Assembly: GCF_055900595.2 (NCBI RefSeq)
Contig: NZ_CM148325.1
Length of the DNA stretch: 64,000 nucleotides
Strand: one strand, 5' to 3'
This document shows, in pieces, positions 32,562-43,427 of this stretch. Under the pieces are notes generated by a model. It ran no database searches and was not told where the DNA came from. It saw only the letters and a list, made by a program, of their open reading frames with translations. Position numbers and translations under genes: made by a program. How positions within the stretch are numbered: position 1 is the stretch's first letter; the number at the start of each line of letters is the position of its first letter.

Positions 32562-34036
32562 CCCAGCATCGAGCCGGTTGCAATTAAATTACGGTGTAAA
32601 TCGAAGACGTGGCTAAGATCGTGGTGAATATGTCCGCCGGGCGCATTTTCCAGATAGCGATGCAGATAATCCCTATACATAGGATGTGCACAATTATCAA
32701 TGATGGTGCGGGCGCGTTGAAGCGGGGAAAGACCACGCAGATCGGCGATCCCTTGTTCGGTGATGATCACTTTGACGCTGTGTTCGCTGTGATCAACATG
32801 GCTGCACATTGGCACGACGGTTGAGATCTTGCCTTCTTTAGCAATCGACGGGGCCATAAAGATCGACAGATACGCGTTGCGTTCAAAATCACCGCTGCCA
32901 CCGATGCCGTTCATCAGATCGACCCCGGCTACGTGCGTTGAGTTGGCATGCCCGTAAATATCAAACTCCAGGCCGACGTTCAGAGCGATGACGCCCAGAC
33001 GACGGATGATTTCCGGGTTATTGGAAATCTCCTGCGGACGCAACACAATGCGGCTGGCAAAGTAATCCATATTGTCGTAAATCTTGCGCAGGGAATCGGC
33101 CGAGATAGTCAGGCTGGAGGCGCTGGCCCCGCTGATTTTGCCCGTTTCCAGTAAATGCACCACCGATTCCTGTAGCACTTCCGAATACATCATGAACGGA
33201 GGAATTTCCGGGTTTTCCCCTAGTCGCGCCATGACTGCATTATTGATATTGCCCACGCCACTTTGCAGCGGCAGAAATTCCGGTGGAATACGCCCATGCG
33301 CCATTTCCTGCAACAAGAACGTGACCACGTTATCGGCAATCTGCTGGCACATGGGATTTTGCTTATCCAGCATATTACCGGCGTCGGGCAAGTTGGTTTC
33401 CACGACGGCGACAATCTTTTTCGGATCGATTTGCACATAGCGGGTACCGACGCGATCCATTGCATGGAAGATCGACACGCTATTGCGCCGCGGTGGCGCG
33501 CCAGGAATCACAATATCCGCCAGTTCTGCAACGCGCGGATCGTGATAGTGATTGAGTTCAATGATCACTTTCTTCGCCCGCAGCAGCCAGGTCGGCGCAT
33601 TACCGATCCCGCTGGTTAACCAGACTCGGCCATCCGGTGCCAGTGCCGATGCTTCAATGACGGCAACATCAATTTCGCCGAAGAAACCGTAATTGACCAT
33701 TTGCGCCACTTCGCTCAAATGCAGGTCAACGAAACTCACCGCGCCCTGATTGATCTTTTTACGTAAACCGGACGATGTTTGATATGGCGCACGCCAGGAA
33801 ACAGCATCGGCGTCAGAAAGTACATCGTCAGCGGCGGCGCTGATTGACGCCCCCGTCAGCAGGCGAATTTGATACGGCTTTTTGGCCTCATGCTGTTCGT
33901 TAGCTCTGCGGGCAATCGCGTTGGGTAGGGCTTTCGGCGAACCCGCCGGGGTAAAGCCGCTAAATGCCACCATGTCGTTATGCTGGATAATTTCTGCCGC
34001 TTCATCGGCGGTCATCCTTGTCCACTGAGTTTCCAT
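32558..34036 (-). CDS. scpC: propionyl-CoA:succinate CoA-transferase (492 aa)
   Basis: Full-length match to ScpC/YgfH. Confidence 0.9.
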   Translation of the reverse strand: METQWTRMTADEAAEIIQHNDMVAFSGFTPAGSPKALPNAIARRANEQHEAKKPYQIRLLTGASISAAADDVLSDADAVSWRAPYQTSSGLRKKINQGAVSFVDLHLSEVAQMVNYGFFGEIDVAVIEASALAPDGRVWLTSGIGNAPTWLLRAKKVIIELNHYHDPRVAELADIVIPGAPPRRNSVSIFHAMDRVGTRYVQIDPKKIVAVVETNLPDAGNMLDKQNPMCQQIADNVVTFLLQEMAHGRIPPEFLPLQSGVGNINNAVMARLGENPEIPPFMMYSEVLQESVVHLLETGKISGASASSLTISADSLRKIYDNMDYFASRIVLRPQEISNNPEIIRRLGVIALNVGLEFDIYGHANSTHVAGVDLMNGIGGSGDFERNAYLSIFMAPSIAKEGKISTVVPMCSHVDHSEHSVKVIITEQGIADLRGLSPLQRARTIIDNCAHPMYRDYLHRYLENAPGGHIHHDLSHVFDLHRNLIATGSMLG

Positions 34037-34059
34037 TTTTACTCCTTCGTTCGCAGGGA

Positions 34060-34845
34060 TTAATGACCAACGAAATTAGGTTTACGTTTTTCGAGGAAAG
34101 CGTTCATCCCTTCCTGGTAATCTTCGCTGTCATAAACCGCGCGGCGCATCCCCTGAATACGTTCAAATTCATCGGAGTTCATGGTGTGCGCTTCGCCCAG
34201 TACACGCAGTTCTTCTTTGATAACGGCAATGGCTAACGGCGCTTTCTCAGAGATGTGGTGCGCCATTTGTAAGGTGAAATCTTCCAGTTCTTCCACTTCC
34301 ACAACATGGTTGAGGATGCCGACAGCCAGCGCGCGCTGGGCTGTGATTGGCGAAGCGGTAAAAATCAGCTCTTTGACAATGTGGAAGCCCGCGTCGCGGG
34401 TCAGGTTGTGAATGCCGACCAGGTTATACGGGACGCCGAGGTTTACAGGCGTCATTGAGAAGGTTGAGGTACTGGCGGCGATGATCAGATCGGAATTCAT
34501 GATCATTTCAAATGCGCCCCCCCAAACACTACCTTCCACCATCGAAATGATCGGTTTCGGGAATTTTTGGATCATGCGGGTGATTTGACGCAACGGATCA
34601 TCATAGGAGAGCGGATCGCGACCGCCAGACGGCAGTTCGTGAATATCGTGACCTGCGGAGAAGACTTTGGATCCACTCGGCGCGCGCAAAATGATACAGC
34701 GAATTTCCGGCCGGTTGAGATCGCTTAATGCCTGCATAAGATCATCAATAAAGACTTTACTTAAGGCATTAAGTTTTCGGCCATAGTTAAACTCAATGAC
34801 CGCCACTTTGTTGATAGTGACAACGTTCACATACTGATAAGACAT
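34060..34845 (-). CDS. scpB: methylmalonyl-CoA decarboxylase, crotonase fold (261 aa)
   Basis: Track ORF trimmed 14 codons to MSYQYVNVVTINKVAVIEF... Confidence 0.9.
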   Translation of the reverse strand: MSYQYVNVVTINKVAVIEFNYGRKLNALSKVFIDDLMQALSDLNRPEIRCIILRAPSGSKVFSAGHDIHELPSGGRDPLSYDDPLRQITRMIQKFPKPIISMVEGSVWGGAFEMIMNSDLIIAASTSTFSMTPVNLGVPYNLVGIHNLTRDAGFHIVKELIFTASPITAQRALAVGILNHVVEVEELEDFTLQMAHHISEKAPLAIAVIKEELRVLGEAHTMNSDEFERIQGMRRAVYDSEDYQEGMNAFLEKRKPNFVGH

Positions 34846-34855
34846 AAAAATTCCT

Positions 34856-35851
34856 TTAATCAAAATATTGCGTCTGGATAAATTCACTGAGCTGTCGCAG
34901 GCCGGTGCGCGGTGAGAGCGTATTGTTTTTGACCGCTAAAAGCGTCTGGCGGTAATAGCGATCGAAATCTTCATTCGCGAACAGGTGATTCAGTACTTCT
35001 TCTTCGGTTTGTTTACGCAGCCATTCCACCGATTGTTGTTGCCGCACTTGCTGTAAACGACCACTGGCAGTTAGCGCGGTTTTGAAGTCGATGATGGCGT
35101 GCCAGATCTCATCGATTCCACGTTTTTCCAGTGCGCTACAAGTCAGAACTCGTGGCTGCCATTCGTCGTATTTACGTCGCAGAATATGCAGGGCACTCTC
35201 GTACATATGCCGGGCAATGGCGACATTGGTATGGTTATCGCCATCGTCTTTGTTGATAACGATCAGATCTGCCACTTCCATCAGCCCCTTTTTAATCCCC
35301 TGCAGATCATCGCCGCCACCGGCAATTTGCAACGAGATAAAACAGTCCACCATGCGGGCGACTTCCGTTTCCGACTGTCCGACGCCAACCGTTTCGACAA
35401 TCACTACGTCATAACCCGCCGCTTCGCATAACAGCATTAATTCCCGCGCTCGCTGACTGGCACCGCCCAGATGGCCGGAGGATGGTACCGGGCGAATAAA
35501 CGCCGCCTCGGCACGCGCCAGGTCATTCATGCGGGTTTTATCTCCGAGAATGCTACCGCCAGTGACCGGGCTGCTGGGATCGACCGCAATAACTGCAACC
35601 TTTAGTCCCTCACGAATCAACAACATGCCAAAGGCTTCAAGAAAGGTACTTTTCCCCGCGCCGGGTGTGCCGGTAACACCCAGTCGCAGGGCGTTACCAC
35701 AGAACGGCATAATGGCATCAAGCAGTTGCGTACTTAGCGCCTGATGACGCGGGTGACGGCTTTCCACCAGCGTCATGGCCTGGGCGAGCGTGGCACGCTC
35801 ACCCTGACGTAAGCGGCGAATACTTTCTGCCAGCGTAGCTTCATTAATCAT
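34856..35851 (-). CDS. argK: MeaB-like G-protein chaperone of methylmalonyl-CoA mutase (331 aa)
   Basis: P-loop GTPGAGKST visible; full length. Confidence 0.9.
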   Translation of the reverse strand: MINEATLAESIRRLRQGERATLAQAMTLVESRHPRHQALSTQLLDAIMPFCGNALRLGVTGTPGAGKSTFLEAFGMLLIREGLKVAVIAVDPSSPVTGGSILGDKTRMNDLARAEAAFIRPVPSSGHLGGASQRARELMLLCEAAGYDVVIVETVGVGQSETEVARMVDCFISLQIAGGGDDLQGIKKGLMEVADLIVINKDDGDNHTNVAIARHMYESALHILRRKYDEWQPRVLTCSALEKRGIDEIWHAIIDFKTALTASGRLQQVRQQQSVEWLRKQTEEEVLNHLFANEDFDRYYRQTLLAVKNNTLSPRTGLRQLSEFIQTQYFD

Positions 35852-37988
35852 GATGCTGGCTTATCAGATTCAGTACGTCGCGCACGCTGTCGAGCATAGG
35901 CGTACCTGGACCATAAATCGCCGCCACGCCGCGCTCCTGCAGGAAGGCGTAATCCTGCGGCGGAATGACGCCACCCGCGACCACGCAGATATCTTCGCGT
36001 CCCCATTTTTTCAGCGCTTCGACCAGTTCCGGGATCAGCGTTTTATGACCGGCAGCCAGTGAAGATGCGCCCACTACGTGAACGTCGTTTTCTACTGCCA
36101 GGCGGGCGATCTCTTCAGGTGTAGAGAACATCGGGCTTAAATCTACGTCGAAACCGAGATCGGAATAGGCGCTGGCGATCACTTTCGCGCCGCGATCGTG
36201 CCCATCCTGGCCCATTTTGGCGATCAGAATGCGCGGGCGACGACCATTGTCGGCAAGGAACTGCTCCGTTTGCGCAACAATGGCATCGAACTCGGAGGCC
36301 GATTTCTCAGACTGATGATAGCTTTGCGCAATCACGCCGGTAACACACTGGCTTGGCACCAGATAACGGTCGAAAGCGGCTTCCAGCGCATCGGAAATTT
36401 CACCCAGGGTGGCGCGAACGCGAGCGGCATTAACAGCGGCAGCCAGCAGGTTTTCGTTATGCTGTGCGGCGTGAGTCAGGGCGTTCAACGCGGCGGTTAC
36501 GGCGGCATCATCACGGGTGGCGCGAATGCGTTCCAGCGAAGCAATTTGCTCGTTACGCACCATCACGTTGTCGATCTCAAGTACATCGGTTTCGTCTTCG
36601 TGATCCAGTTTGTACTTGTTGACACCAACGATGACACGTTTTCCCTGATCGATCAGCGACTGTTCACGCGCTGAGGCTTCTTCGATCATTCGTTTTGGCA
36701 GACCTGCTTCGATCGCTTTCGCCATACCTCCGGCTTCGTTGATCTGTTGGATAATGGCTCTGGCTTGTTTGACGATTTGATCGGTCAGCGATTCAACGTA
36801 ATAGGATCCGGCCAGTGGATCGACGGTGCGGCAGAGTTCTGATTCTTCCTGAATGATGATCTGGGTATTGCGGGCAATGCGTGCTGAGAAATCGGTAGGC
36901 AAACCAAGCGCTTCATCAAAGGCGTTGGTATGCAGTGACTGAGTACCGCCCAGCGTTGCAGCCAGTGCTTCAATGGTGGTGCGGATAACGTTGTTATACG
37001 GATCCTGTTCAGTCAGGCTCCAGCCTGAGGTCTGGCAGTGGGTACGCAGCGCCAGTGATTTCGGATCCTGTGCGCCAAATCCACTGACCGCTTCGCTCCA
37101 TAAATAACGTGCCGCACGCAACATGGCGACGTTCATAAACAGATCCATGCCAATGCCGAAGAAAAACGACAGGCGAGGAGCGAAGTCATCAATTTTCAGC
37201 CCAGCGGAGATTGCTGCTTTGATGTACTCAATCCCATCAGCGAGCGTAAATGCTACCTGCTGCACGCAGTTGGCACCCGCTTCACCCATATGGTAACCGC
37301 TGATACTGATGGTATTAAATCGCGGCATGTTGCCGGAACACCAGGCGATGATGTCTGCGATAATACGCATTGACGGTTTTGGCGGGTAAATATAGGTGTT
37401 GCGGCAAAGATACTCTTTGAGGATATCGTTCTGAATGGTGCCTGTCAGTTTATCGGGCGTAACTCCTTGCTCTTCTGCGGCGACGATATAAAACGCCAGT
37501 ACGGGTAACACTGCGCCATTCATGGTCATCGAAACCGACATTTTATCCAGCGGGATCTGGTCGAACAGGACTTTCATATCTTCCACGGTGTCGATAGCAA
37601 CGCCCGCTTTGCCGACGTCGCCCGCCACGCGCGGGTTATCGGAGTCGTAGCCACGGTGGGTGGCAAGGTCAAACGCAACGGAAAGACCTTTTTGCCCGGC
37701 GGCCAGGTTACGGCGATAAAAAGCGTTAGACTCTTTTGCTGTCGAGAAACCGGCATACTGACGGATAGTCCACGGTTGGGCGGTATACATAGTGGCACGC
37801 GGGCCACGAACGTAGGGTGGCAAACCAGGAAGGGTACCAGTCACTTCCAGATTATCGAGATCGGCTTCAGTATACAGCGGCTTGATGGCGATCCCTTCTG
37901 CGGTTTGCTGAACCAGCGAGTCGACAGTTTTCTCCCGACGACTCAATTCCTTGTTGGCAATCTGTTGCCACTCCTGCACGTTAGACAT
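35844..37988 (-). CDS. scpA: B12-dependent methylmalonyl-CoA mutase, 'sleeping beauty mutase' (714 aa)
   Basis: Track ORF trimmed 7 codons to MSNVQEWQQ...; 8-nt overlap with argK. Confidence 0.92.
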   Translation of the reverse strand: MSNVQEWQQIANKELSRREKTVDSLVQQTAEGIAIKPLYTEADLDNLEVTGTLPGLPPYVRGPRATMYTAQPWTIRQYAGFSTAKESNAFYRRNLAAGQKGLSVAFDLATHRGYDSDNPRVAGDVGKAGVAIDTVEDMKVLFDQIPLDKMSVSMTMNGAVLPVLAFYIVAAEEQGVTPDKLTGTIQNDILKEYLCRNTYIYPPKPSMRIIADIIAWCSGNMPRFNTISISGYHMGEAGANCVQQVAFTLADGIEYIKAAISAGLKIDDFAPRLSFFFGIGMDLFMNVAMLRAARYLWSEAVSGFGAQDPKSLALRTHCQTSGWSLTEQDPYNNVIRTTIEALAATLGGTQSLHTNAFDEALGLPTDFSARIARNTQIIIQEESELCRTVDPLAGSYYVESLTDQIVKQARAIIQQINEAGGMAKAIEAGLPKRMIEEASAREQSLIDQGKRVIVGVNKYKLDHEDETDVLEIDNVMVRNEQIASLERIRATRDDAAVTAALNALTHAAQHNENLLAAAVNAARVRATLGEISDALEAAFDRYLVPSQCVTGVIAQSYHQSEKSASEFDAIVAQTEQFLADNGRRPRILIAKMGQDGHDRGAKVIASAYSDLGFDVDLSPMFSTPEEIARLAVENDVHVVGASSLAAGHKTLIPELVEALKKWGREDICVVAGGVIPPQDYAFLQERGVAAIYGPGTPMLDSVRDVLNLISQHHD

Positions 37989-38191
37989 TATTTGCTCCAT
38001 AAAACGCAATCAAAATGAGGGTATTTGCGCTTACGGTGAGCTTTTTACGTGGGTTTGTCGCCAGCAAAAAAAATGCATCCAGACGTCGTTTTTTGCCGCC
38101 TGAGATTTGTCTATTTTGTGATGTGATTCAAGGAATACAAAAAGAACTGGAGGTGATGCCTGGTATGTATTACCAGGCATTATTTGATGGA

Positions 38192-39085
38192 TTATTCCTG
38201 ACGAAGAACTTTGTGACCATAATCGAGCAACGCATCAGTGACTTTACGCATCATGCGGCTTTCAGGAGCAAAGCGGTGCCAGTAGAGCATCCGGCGTTGA
38301 AATAGCCCTGGCGTTAAGTCAATCAGTTCGCCGCTGGCCAGCTCTTTCTCGATTTGCAGGTGCGGGATCATACAGCAGGTGGTGCCCTGACGAGCAAGTT
38401 GCACGAATGCTTCCGAAGAATTAACGATATGGCACGGTACGCTGCCTGGGGGCAGATCGAAGTTTTGCTGCAAAAAGGCCTGGTGCATATCGTCAAGATG
38501 GTCAAAGGCGACCACAGGTGCTTTCAATAATGCCGAACGCGTTACGCCGTTAGGGAAATATTTTTCGGCAAACGGTTTTGAGCTGACGAACAGATAGTCA
38601 AGCGCACCGAGCTTATCGACAAGACAACTCGGCAGCGCCTGATGTTGAATACTCACCGCGCCGACCACTTCGCCGCGGCGCAGACGTTCCTGAGTGCGGG
38701 TTTCATCTTCTACCTGCAAGTTGAGGCGGATAGGCGAATCAGCTAACACAGGAGCCAGCGCCGGAAGCAACCACGTCGCCAGACTGTCAGCGTTGACCGC
38801 CAGTGAAAGCAGCAGCGGAGTTGAACCGGTTTGTTCATCGCCCAGCCACTCTTCTTCCAGTAACTCCACCTGGCGTAGCAGTGCCAGCAGTTTTTGCCCT
38901 TGTTCCGTCGGGCGCGGCGGTACGGTACGCACCAACAGCGGCTGCCCGAACATATTTTCCAGTTGCTTAATGCGCTGTGAGACGGCTGATTGTGTAATGC
39001 ACAGCTTTTGTGCCGCGCGCTCAAATCCTCGTTCACGTATCACCGCATCCAGTGCCTGTAATGTTCTGTAGTCCGGGCGTTTCAT
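38192..39085 (-). CDS. argP: LysR-family regulator ArgP/IciA (297 aa)
   Basis: Track ORF trimmed 22 codons to [28 protein letters not shown]... Confidence 0.92.
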   Translation of the reverse strand: MKRPDYRTLQALDAVIRERGFERAAQKLCITQSAVSQRIKQLENMFGQPLLVRTVPPRPTEQGQKLLALLRQVELLEEEWLGDEQTGSTPLLLSLAVNADSLATWLLPALAPVLADSPIRLNLQVEDETRTQERLRRGEVVGAVSIQHQALPSCLVDKLGALDYLFVSSKPFAEKYFPNGVTRSALLKAPVVAFDHLDDMHQAFLQQNFDLPPGSVPCHIVNSSEAFVQLARQGTTCCMIPHLQIEKELASGELIDLTPGLFQRRMLYWHRFAPESRMMRKVTDALLDYGHKVLRQE

Positions 39086-39382
39086 TGCTGTTGTCTGCTC
39101 CTGGTAAATGCTTTTTCCTGCACTATGACACAATTTTGCGTCAGGTTGCATATACCGAAGCCGTCGGCGGGTACATTTGTATCAGTGGTTAAACACGCAG
39201 CTTAAAAGATCAGGGATTTGCGCTATTGCATTTCGCTCAGCGAGTTCGCGCCCTGGAGCGGCATACCCAGACCTTTATATGCTTTATTTGCCGGGCGAAA
39301 GGGGATGCCCGCCATTGCGCGATATTTTATGGATGAGTTAACCACGCGGCTTGCCAACGGGGTCTGAATCGCTTTTTTTGTA

Positions 39383-39507
39383 TATACTCGTCATACTTCA
39401 AGTTGCATGTGCTGTGTCTGCGTTCGCTCACCCCAGTCACTTACTTCTGTAAGCTCCTGGGGATTCACTCTCTTGTCGCCTTCCTGCAACTCGAATTATT
39501 TAGAGTA
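39383..39507 (-). repeat. ERIC element, inverted relative to the copy at 27441-27566
   Basis: Reverse complement of the pgk-fbaA ERIC with only a couple of mismatches by eye. Confidence 0.85.
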
Positions 39508-39545
39508 TAATGCGAGTGAAATTTCATACCACAGGCGAAACGATC

Positions 39546-40205
39546 ATGACGCAGGATGAATTGAAAAAAGCAGTAGGATGGGCGGCACTTCAGTATGTTC
39601 AGCCCGGCACCATTGTTGGTGTAGGTACAGGTTCCACCGCCGCACACTTTATTGATGCGCTCGGCACGATGAAAGGCCAGATTGAAGGGGCCGTTTCCAG
39701 TTCGGATGCGTCCACTGAAAAACTGAAAAGCCTCGGCATTCACGTTTTTGATCTCAACGAAGTCGACAGCCTTGGCATCTACGTTGATGGCGCAGATGAA
39801 ATCAACGGCCACATGCAAATGATCAAAGGCGGCGGCGCGGCGCTGACCCGTGAAAAAATCATTGCTTCGGTTGCGGAAAAATTTATCTGTATTGCAGACG
39901 CTTCTAAGCAGGTTGATATTCTGGGCAAATTCCCGCTGCCAGTAGAAGTTATCCCGATGGCACGTAGTGCAGTGGCGCGCCAGCTGGTGAAACTGGGCGG
40001 TCGTCCGGAATACCGTCAGGGCGTGGTGACCGATAACGGCAACGTGATCCTCGACGTCCACGGCATGGAAATCCTTGACCCGATAGCGATGGAAAACGCC
40101 ATAAATGCGATTCCGGGCGTGGTGACTGTTGGCTTGTTTGCTAACCGTGGCGCGGACGTTGCGCTGATTGGCACACCTGACGGTGTCAAAACCATTGTGA
40201 AATGA
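39546..40205 (+). CDS. rpiA: ribose-5-phosphate isomerase A (219 aa)
   Basis: Track ORF trimmed 12 codons to [35 protein letters not shown]... Confidence 0.95.
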
Positions 40206-40460
40206 TCTGACGGGGGAACCTCCCCCGTTAAAAAAATTCTCTTCATTAAATTTGGTGACATGTGTCACGTTTTTACCTGGCTATTGTCGATTGCTCTAAA
40301 TAAATCCTCTAATCCAGCATATTCATCCAAGAAAAACCTTTGCGTGATATTTCCTCAACATCGCGACGCAAACGTTCATATTGCCGCAATATTATTTTTT
40401 GATATGTTGAAAGGCGGATGCAAATCCGCACACAACATTTCAAAAGACAGGATTGGGTAA

Positions 40461-41693
40461 ATGGCAAAGGTATCGCTGGAGAAAGACAAGATTAAGTTTC
40501 TGCTGGTAGAAGGCGTGCACCAAAAGGCGCTGGAAAGCCTTCGTGCAGCGGGTTACACCAACATCGAATTTCACAAAGGCGCGCTGGATGATGAACAATT
40601 AAAAGAATCCATCCGCGATGCCCACTTCATCGGCCTGCGATCCCGTACCCATCTGACTGAAGACGTGATCAACGCCGCAGAAAAACTGGTCGCTATTGGC
40701 TGTTTCTGTATCGGAACGAACCAGGTTGATCTGGATGCAGCTGCAAAACGCGGGATCCCGGTATTTAACGCACCGTTCTCTAATACGCGCTCTGTTGCGG
40801 AGCTGGTAATTGGCGAACTTCTGCTGCTATTGCGCGGCGTACCGGAAGCCAACGCTAAAGCGCACCGTGGTGTCTGGAACAAGCTGGCAGCTGGCTCTTT
40901 TGAAGCGCGCGGCAAAAAGCTGGGTATCATCGGCTATGGTCATATTGGTACACAGTTGGGCATTCTGGCTGAATCGCTGGGAATGTATGTTTACTTTTAT
41001 GATATTGAAAACAAACTGCCGCTGGGCAACGCCACTCAGGTACAGCATCTTTCTGATCTGCTGAATATGAGCGATGTGGTGAGTTTGCATGTGCCAGAGA
41101 ATCCGTCTACCAAAAATATGATGGGCGCGAAAGAGATTTCGCTAATGAAGCCCGGCTCGTTGCTGATTAATGCCTCGCGCGGAACGGTGGTGGATATTCC
41201 GGCACTGTGTGATGCGCTGGCGAGCAAACACCTGGCAGGTGCGGCAATCGATGTCTTTCCGACGGAACCGGCGACCAACAGCGATCCGTTTACCTCTCCG
41301 CTGTGCGAGTTCGATAACGTCCTTCTGACGCCACATATTGGCGGTTCGACTCAGGAAGCACAGGAGAATATCGGTCTGGAAGTTGCAGGTAAATTAATCA
41401 AGTACTCTGACAATGGCTCAACGCTCTCTGCGGTGAACTTCCCGGAAGTCTCGCTGCCACTGCATGGTGGGCGTCGTCTGATGCACATCCACGAAAACCG
41501 TCCGGGCGTGTTAACTGCGCTGAACAAAATCTTCGCCGAGCAGGGCGTTAACATCGCTGCACAGTATCTGCAAACCTCAGCGCAGATGGGTTATGTGGTT
41601 ATTGATATTGAAGCTGACGAAGACGTTGCCGAAAAAGCGCTGCAGGCAATGAAAGCTATTCCGGGCACCATTCGCGCCCGTCTGCTGTACTGA
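40461..41693 (+). CDS. serA: D-3-phosphoglycerate dehydrogenase (410 aa)
   Basis: MAKVSLEKDKIKFLLVEGVHQKALESLRAAGYTNIEFHKGALDDEQLKESIRDAHFIGLRSRT... full-length match. Confidence 0.96.
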   Translation: MAKVSLEKDKIKFLLVEGVHQKALESLRAAGYTNIEFHKGALDDEQLKESIRDAHFIGLRSRTHLTEDVINAAEKLVAIGCFCIGTNQVDLDAAAKRGIPVFNAPFSNTRSVAELVIGELLLLLRGVPEANAKAHRGVWNKLAAGSFEARGKKLGIIGYGHIGTQLGILAESLGMYVYFYDIENKLPLGNATQVQHLSDLLNMSDVVSLHVPENPSTKNMMGAKEISLMKPGSLLINASRGTVVDIPALCDALASKHLAGAAIDVFPTEPATNSDPFTSPLCEFDNVLLTPHIGGSTQEAQENIGLEVAGKLIKYSDNGSTLSAVNFPEVSLPLHGGRRLMHIHENRPGVLTALNKIFAEQGVNIAAQYLQTSAQMGYVVIDIEADEDVAEKALQAMKAIPGTIRARLLY

Positions 41694-41714
41694 TCTCCCT
41701 TCTTTAATAATCAA

Positions 41715-41744
41715 CGGGCAAGTCACTGGCTTGCCCGTTTTTTT
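41715..41744 (+). terminator. serA rho-independent terminator
   Basis: cgggcaagtcactggcttgcccg followed by ttttttt. Confidence 0.75.
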
Positions 41745-41756
41745 GTGCACAGAAAA

Positions 41757-42460
41757 CCCCCAGCTAGGCTGGGGGTTCCGGAAAGCTTTCAGCTTTGAGC
41801 CAGTTATTAAAACCCCTTTTGATTTGTTAAAACACCTTGCGGTCTGGCAACTGCAAGTGTCAAACAAGAAATCAAAAGGGGGTCCCAATGGGGGACGAAA
41901 AGAGCTTAGCGCACACCCGCTGGAACTGTAAATATCACATAGTTTTTGCGCCGAAATACCGAAGACTGGCGTTTTACGGAGAGAAGCGTAGGGCGATAGG
42001 CAGTATTTTGAGAAAGCTGTGTGAGTGGAAAAGCGTACGGATTCTGGAAGCAGAGTGCTGCGCAGATCATATCCATATGCTTGTGGAAATCCCACCCAAA
42101 ATGAGCGTATCCGGCTTTATGGGATATCTGAAAGGGAAAAGCAGTCTGATGCTTTACGAGCAGTTTGGGGATTTGAAATTCAAATACAGAAACAGGGAGT
42201 TCTGGTGCCGAGGGTACTATGTCGATACGGTGGGTAAGAACACGGCGAAGATACAGGACTACATAAAGCACCAGCTTGAAGAGGATAAAATGGGGGAGCA
42301 GTTATCGATTCCATATCCGGGCAGCCCGTTTACGGGCCGTAAGTAACGAAGTTGAATGCAAATGTCAGATCGTATGCGCCTGTTAGGGCGCGGCTGGTAA
42401 CAGAGCCTTACAGGCGCATTTGAAAAACCTCCGGCTATGCCGGAGGATATTTATTATCCC
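41757..42460 (+). mobile_element. IS200-like (IS200/IS605 family) element; boundaries approximate to about 30 bp
   Basis: Left-end palindrome cccccagctaggctggggg, a stem-loop covering the tnpA RBS, a 152-aa Y1/HUH transposase, and right-end hairpins (cctccggctatgccggagg). No terminal inverted repeats, as expected for this family. Confidence 0.75.
41888..42346 (+). CDS. tnpA: IS200-type Y1 (HUH) transposase TnpA (152 aa)
   Basis: Track ORF trimmed to MGDEKSLAHTRWNCKYHIVFAPKYRR...; HUH motif HIHMLV and catalytic-Tyr region conserved. Confidence 0.92.
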   Translation: MGDEKSLAHTRWNCKYHIVFAPKYRRLAFYGEKRRAIGSILRKLCEWKSVRILEAECCADHIHMLVEIPPKMSVSGFMGYLKGKSSLMLYEQFGDLKFKYRNREFWCRGYYVDTVGKNTAKIQDYIKHQLEEDKMGEQLSIPYPGSPFTGRK

Positions 42461-42599
42461 TTTTCCCGCGCATGTCACTGCCATTTGTAATGCGCTGCAA
42501 TTGCCTTTGCGAGTCTGCTCGAAGAAATAAATCAAAGCCAGATCAATGCGTTGTGCTTATTTAAAGAGAGTTTACGATGGCAGGGCAGCATGGGGCTGT

Positions 42600-42740
42600 A
42601 ACGGTAAAGCCCTCACCGAAGCGAGGGCTTGAAGGAGAAGGGTTATGATGCGACTCGTCATCATACTGATTGTACTGTTACTGATAAGTTTGCCAGCTTA
42701 TTAACAGTCAGTCACAGGGGAGGAGTCATCCTCCCTTACC
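42600..42740 (-). ncRNA. sibC: SibC antisense sRNA (antitoxin of ibsC); ends approximate
   Basis: Region antisense to ibsC ending in hairpin aagccctcgcttcggtgagggctt on the minus strand; position between serA and ygfA matches K-12 sibC. Confidence 0.45.
42645..42704 (+). CDS. ibsC: type I toxin IbsC, 19-aa hydrophobic peptide
   Basis: atgatgcgactcgtcatcatactgattgtactgttactgataagtttgccagcttattaa = MMRLVIILIVLLLISLPAY*, matching the Ibs toxin family as recalled. Too short for the ORF track. Confidence 0.65.
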   Translation: MMRLVIILIVLLLISLPAY

Positions 42741-42804
42741 CTTACTCACTAAATTAGGTTAAAGAATCAACGATGTCAATCAGGGCGATGCAGGTGTGTC
42801 GCCC

Positions 42805-43353
42805 TTACCACTCCCAGACTTTCGACGGTGTAACCACCGCAGGAAGTGGGATATCCCACTCTTCAACGGGGAGTTTTTCCACCAACTGACAATCATGCGC
42901 ATAACCCACCGGTTGCATTTGATAGCTCTGCCAGTTTTGTAAGGTCCGATCATAAAAACCACCGCCCATTCCCAGGCGCTGACCGTACTCATCAAAGGCG
43001 ACCAGCGGTGTGATCAACACGTCTAATCGGGAAAGGGGTAGCACGTCACGCACATCCAGTTTTGGCTCATGGATCTTCAACCTGTTCATCACCAGTTCGC
43101 TTTGCGGATGGTAATTCAGGAACAGCAAATTACCGGCACTAAAGGGATGCAAAACTGGAAGATATACGCGCTTACCGGCGCGCCAGAGTTGTTCTATGAG
43201 TGGCTGGGTGTCGAGTTCGCCATCAAAAGAGAGGAATACAGCGACCGTATGTGCCATCACCACCGGGGGATACGTCATCATCCGGGTAGCGGCTTGTTGA
43301 CCCATTTCCTGCTGTTGTTCCGGCGTTAACGCACGACGACGTTGCCGAATCAT
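42805..43353 (-). CDS. ygfA: 5-formyltetrahydrofolate cyclo-ligase (182 aa)
   Basis: Track ORF trimmed 18 codons to MIRQRRRALTPEQQQEMGQQAATRMM...; start choice uncertain. Confidence 0.85.
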   Translation of the reverse strand: MIRQRRRALTPEQQQEMGQQAATRMMTYPPVVMAHTVAVFLSFDGELDTQPLIEQLWRAGKRVYLPVLHPFSAGNLLFLNYHPQSELVMNRLKIHEPKLDVRDVLPLSRLDVLITPLVAFDEYGQRLGMGGGFYDRTLQNWQSYQMQPVGYAHDCQLVEKLPVEEWDIPLPAVVTPSKVWEW

Positions 43354-43427
43354 TTTGCGGATTTCTTGTCGAGATAATGTCAGTGGGATTTCTGGTAGTT
43401 GCGTCATGGCTGGTGCCAGATAAGAAG

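Noticed and set aside
40206-40240. Hairpin acgggggaacctcccccgt after rpiA as a canonical terminator
   Set aside because: The stem is strong but is followed by an A-run, not a T-run, on the rpiA strand, so intrinsic termination is uncertain; not listed as a feature.
39465-40268. 267-aa minus-strand ORF overlapping rpiA
   Set aside because: Antisense to rpiA and running through the ERIC element; not a plausible gene.
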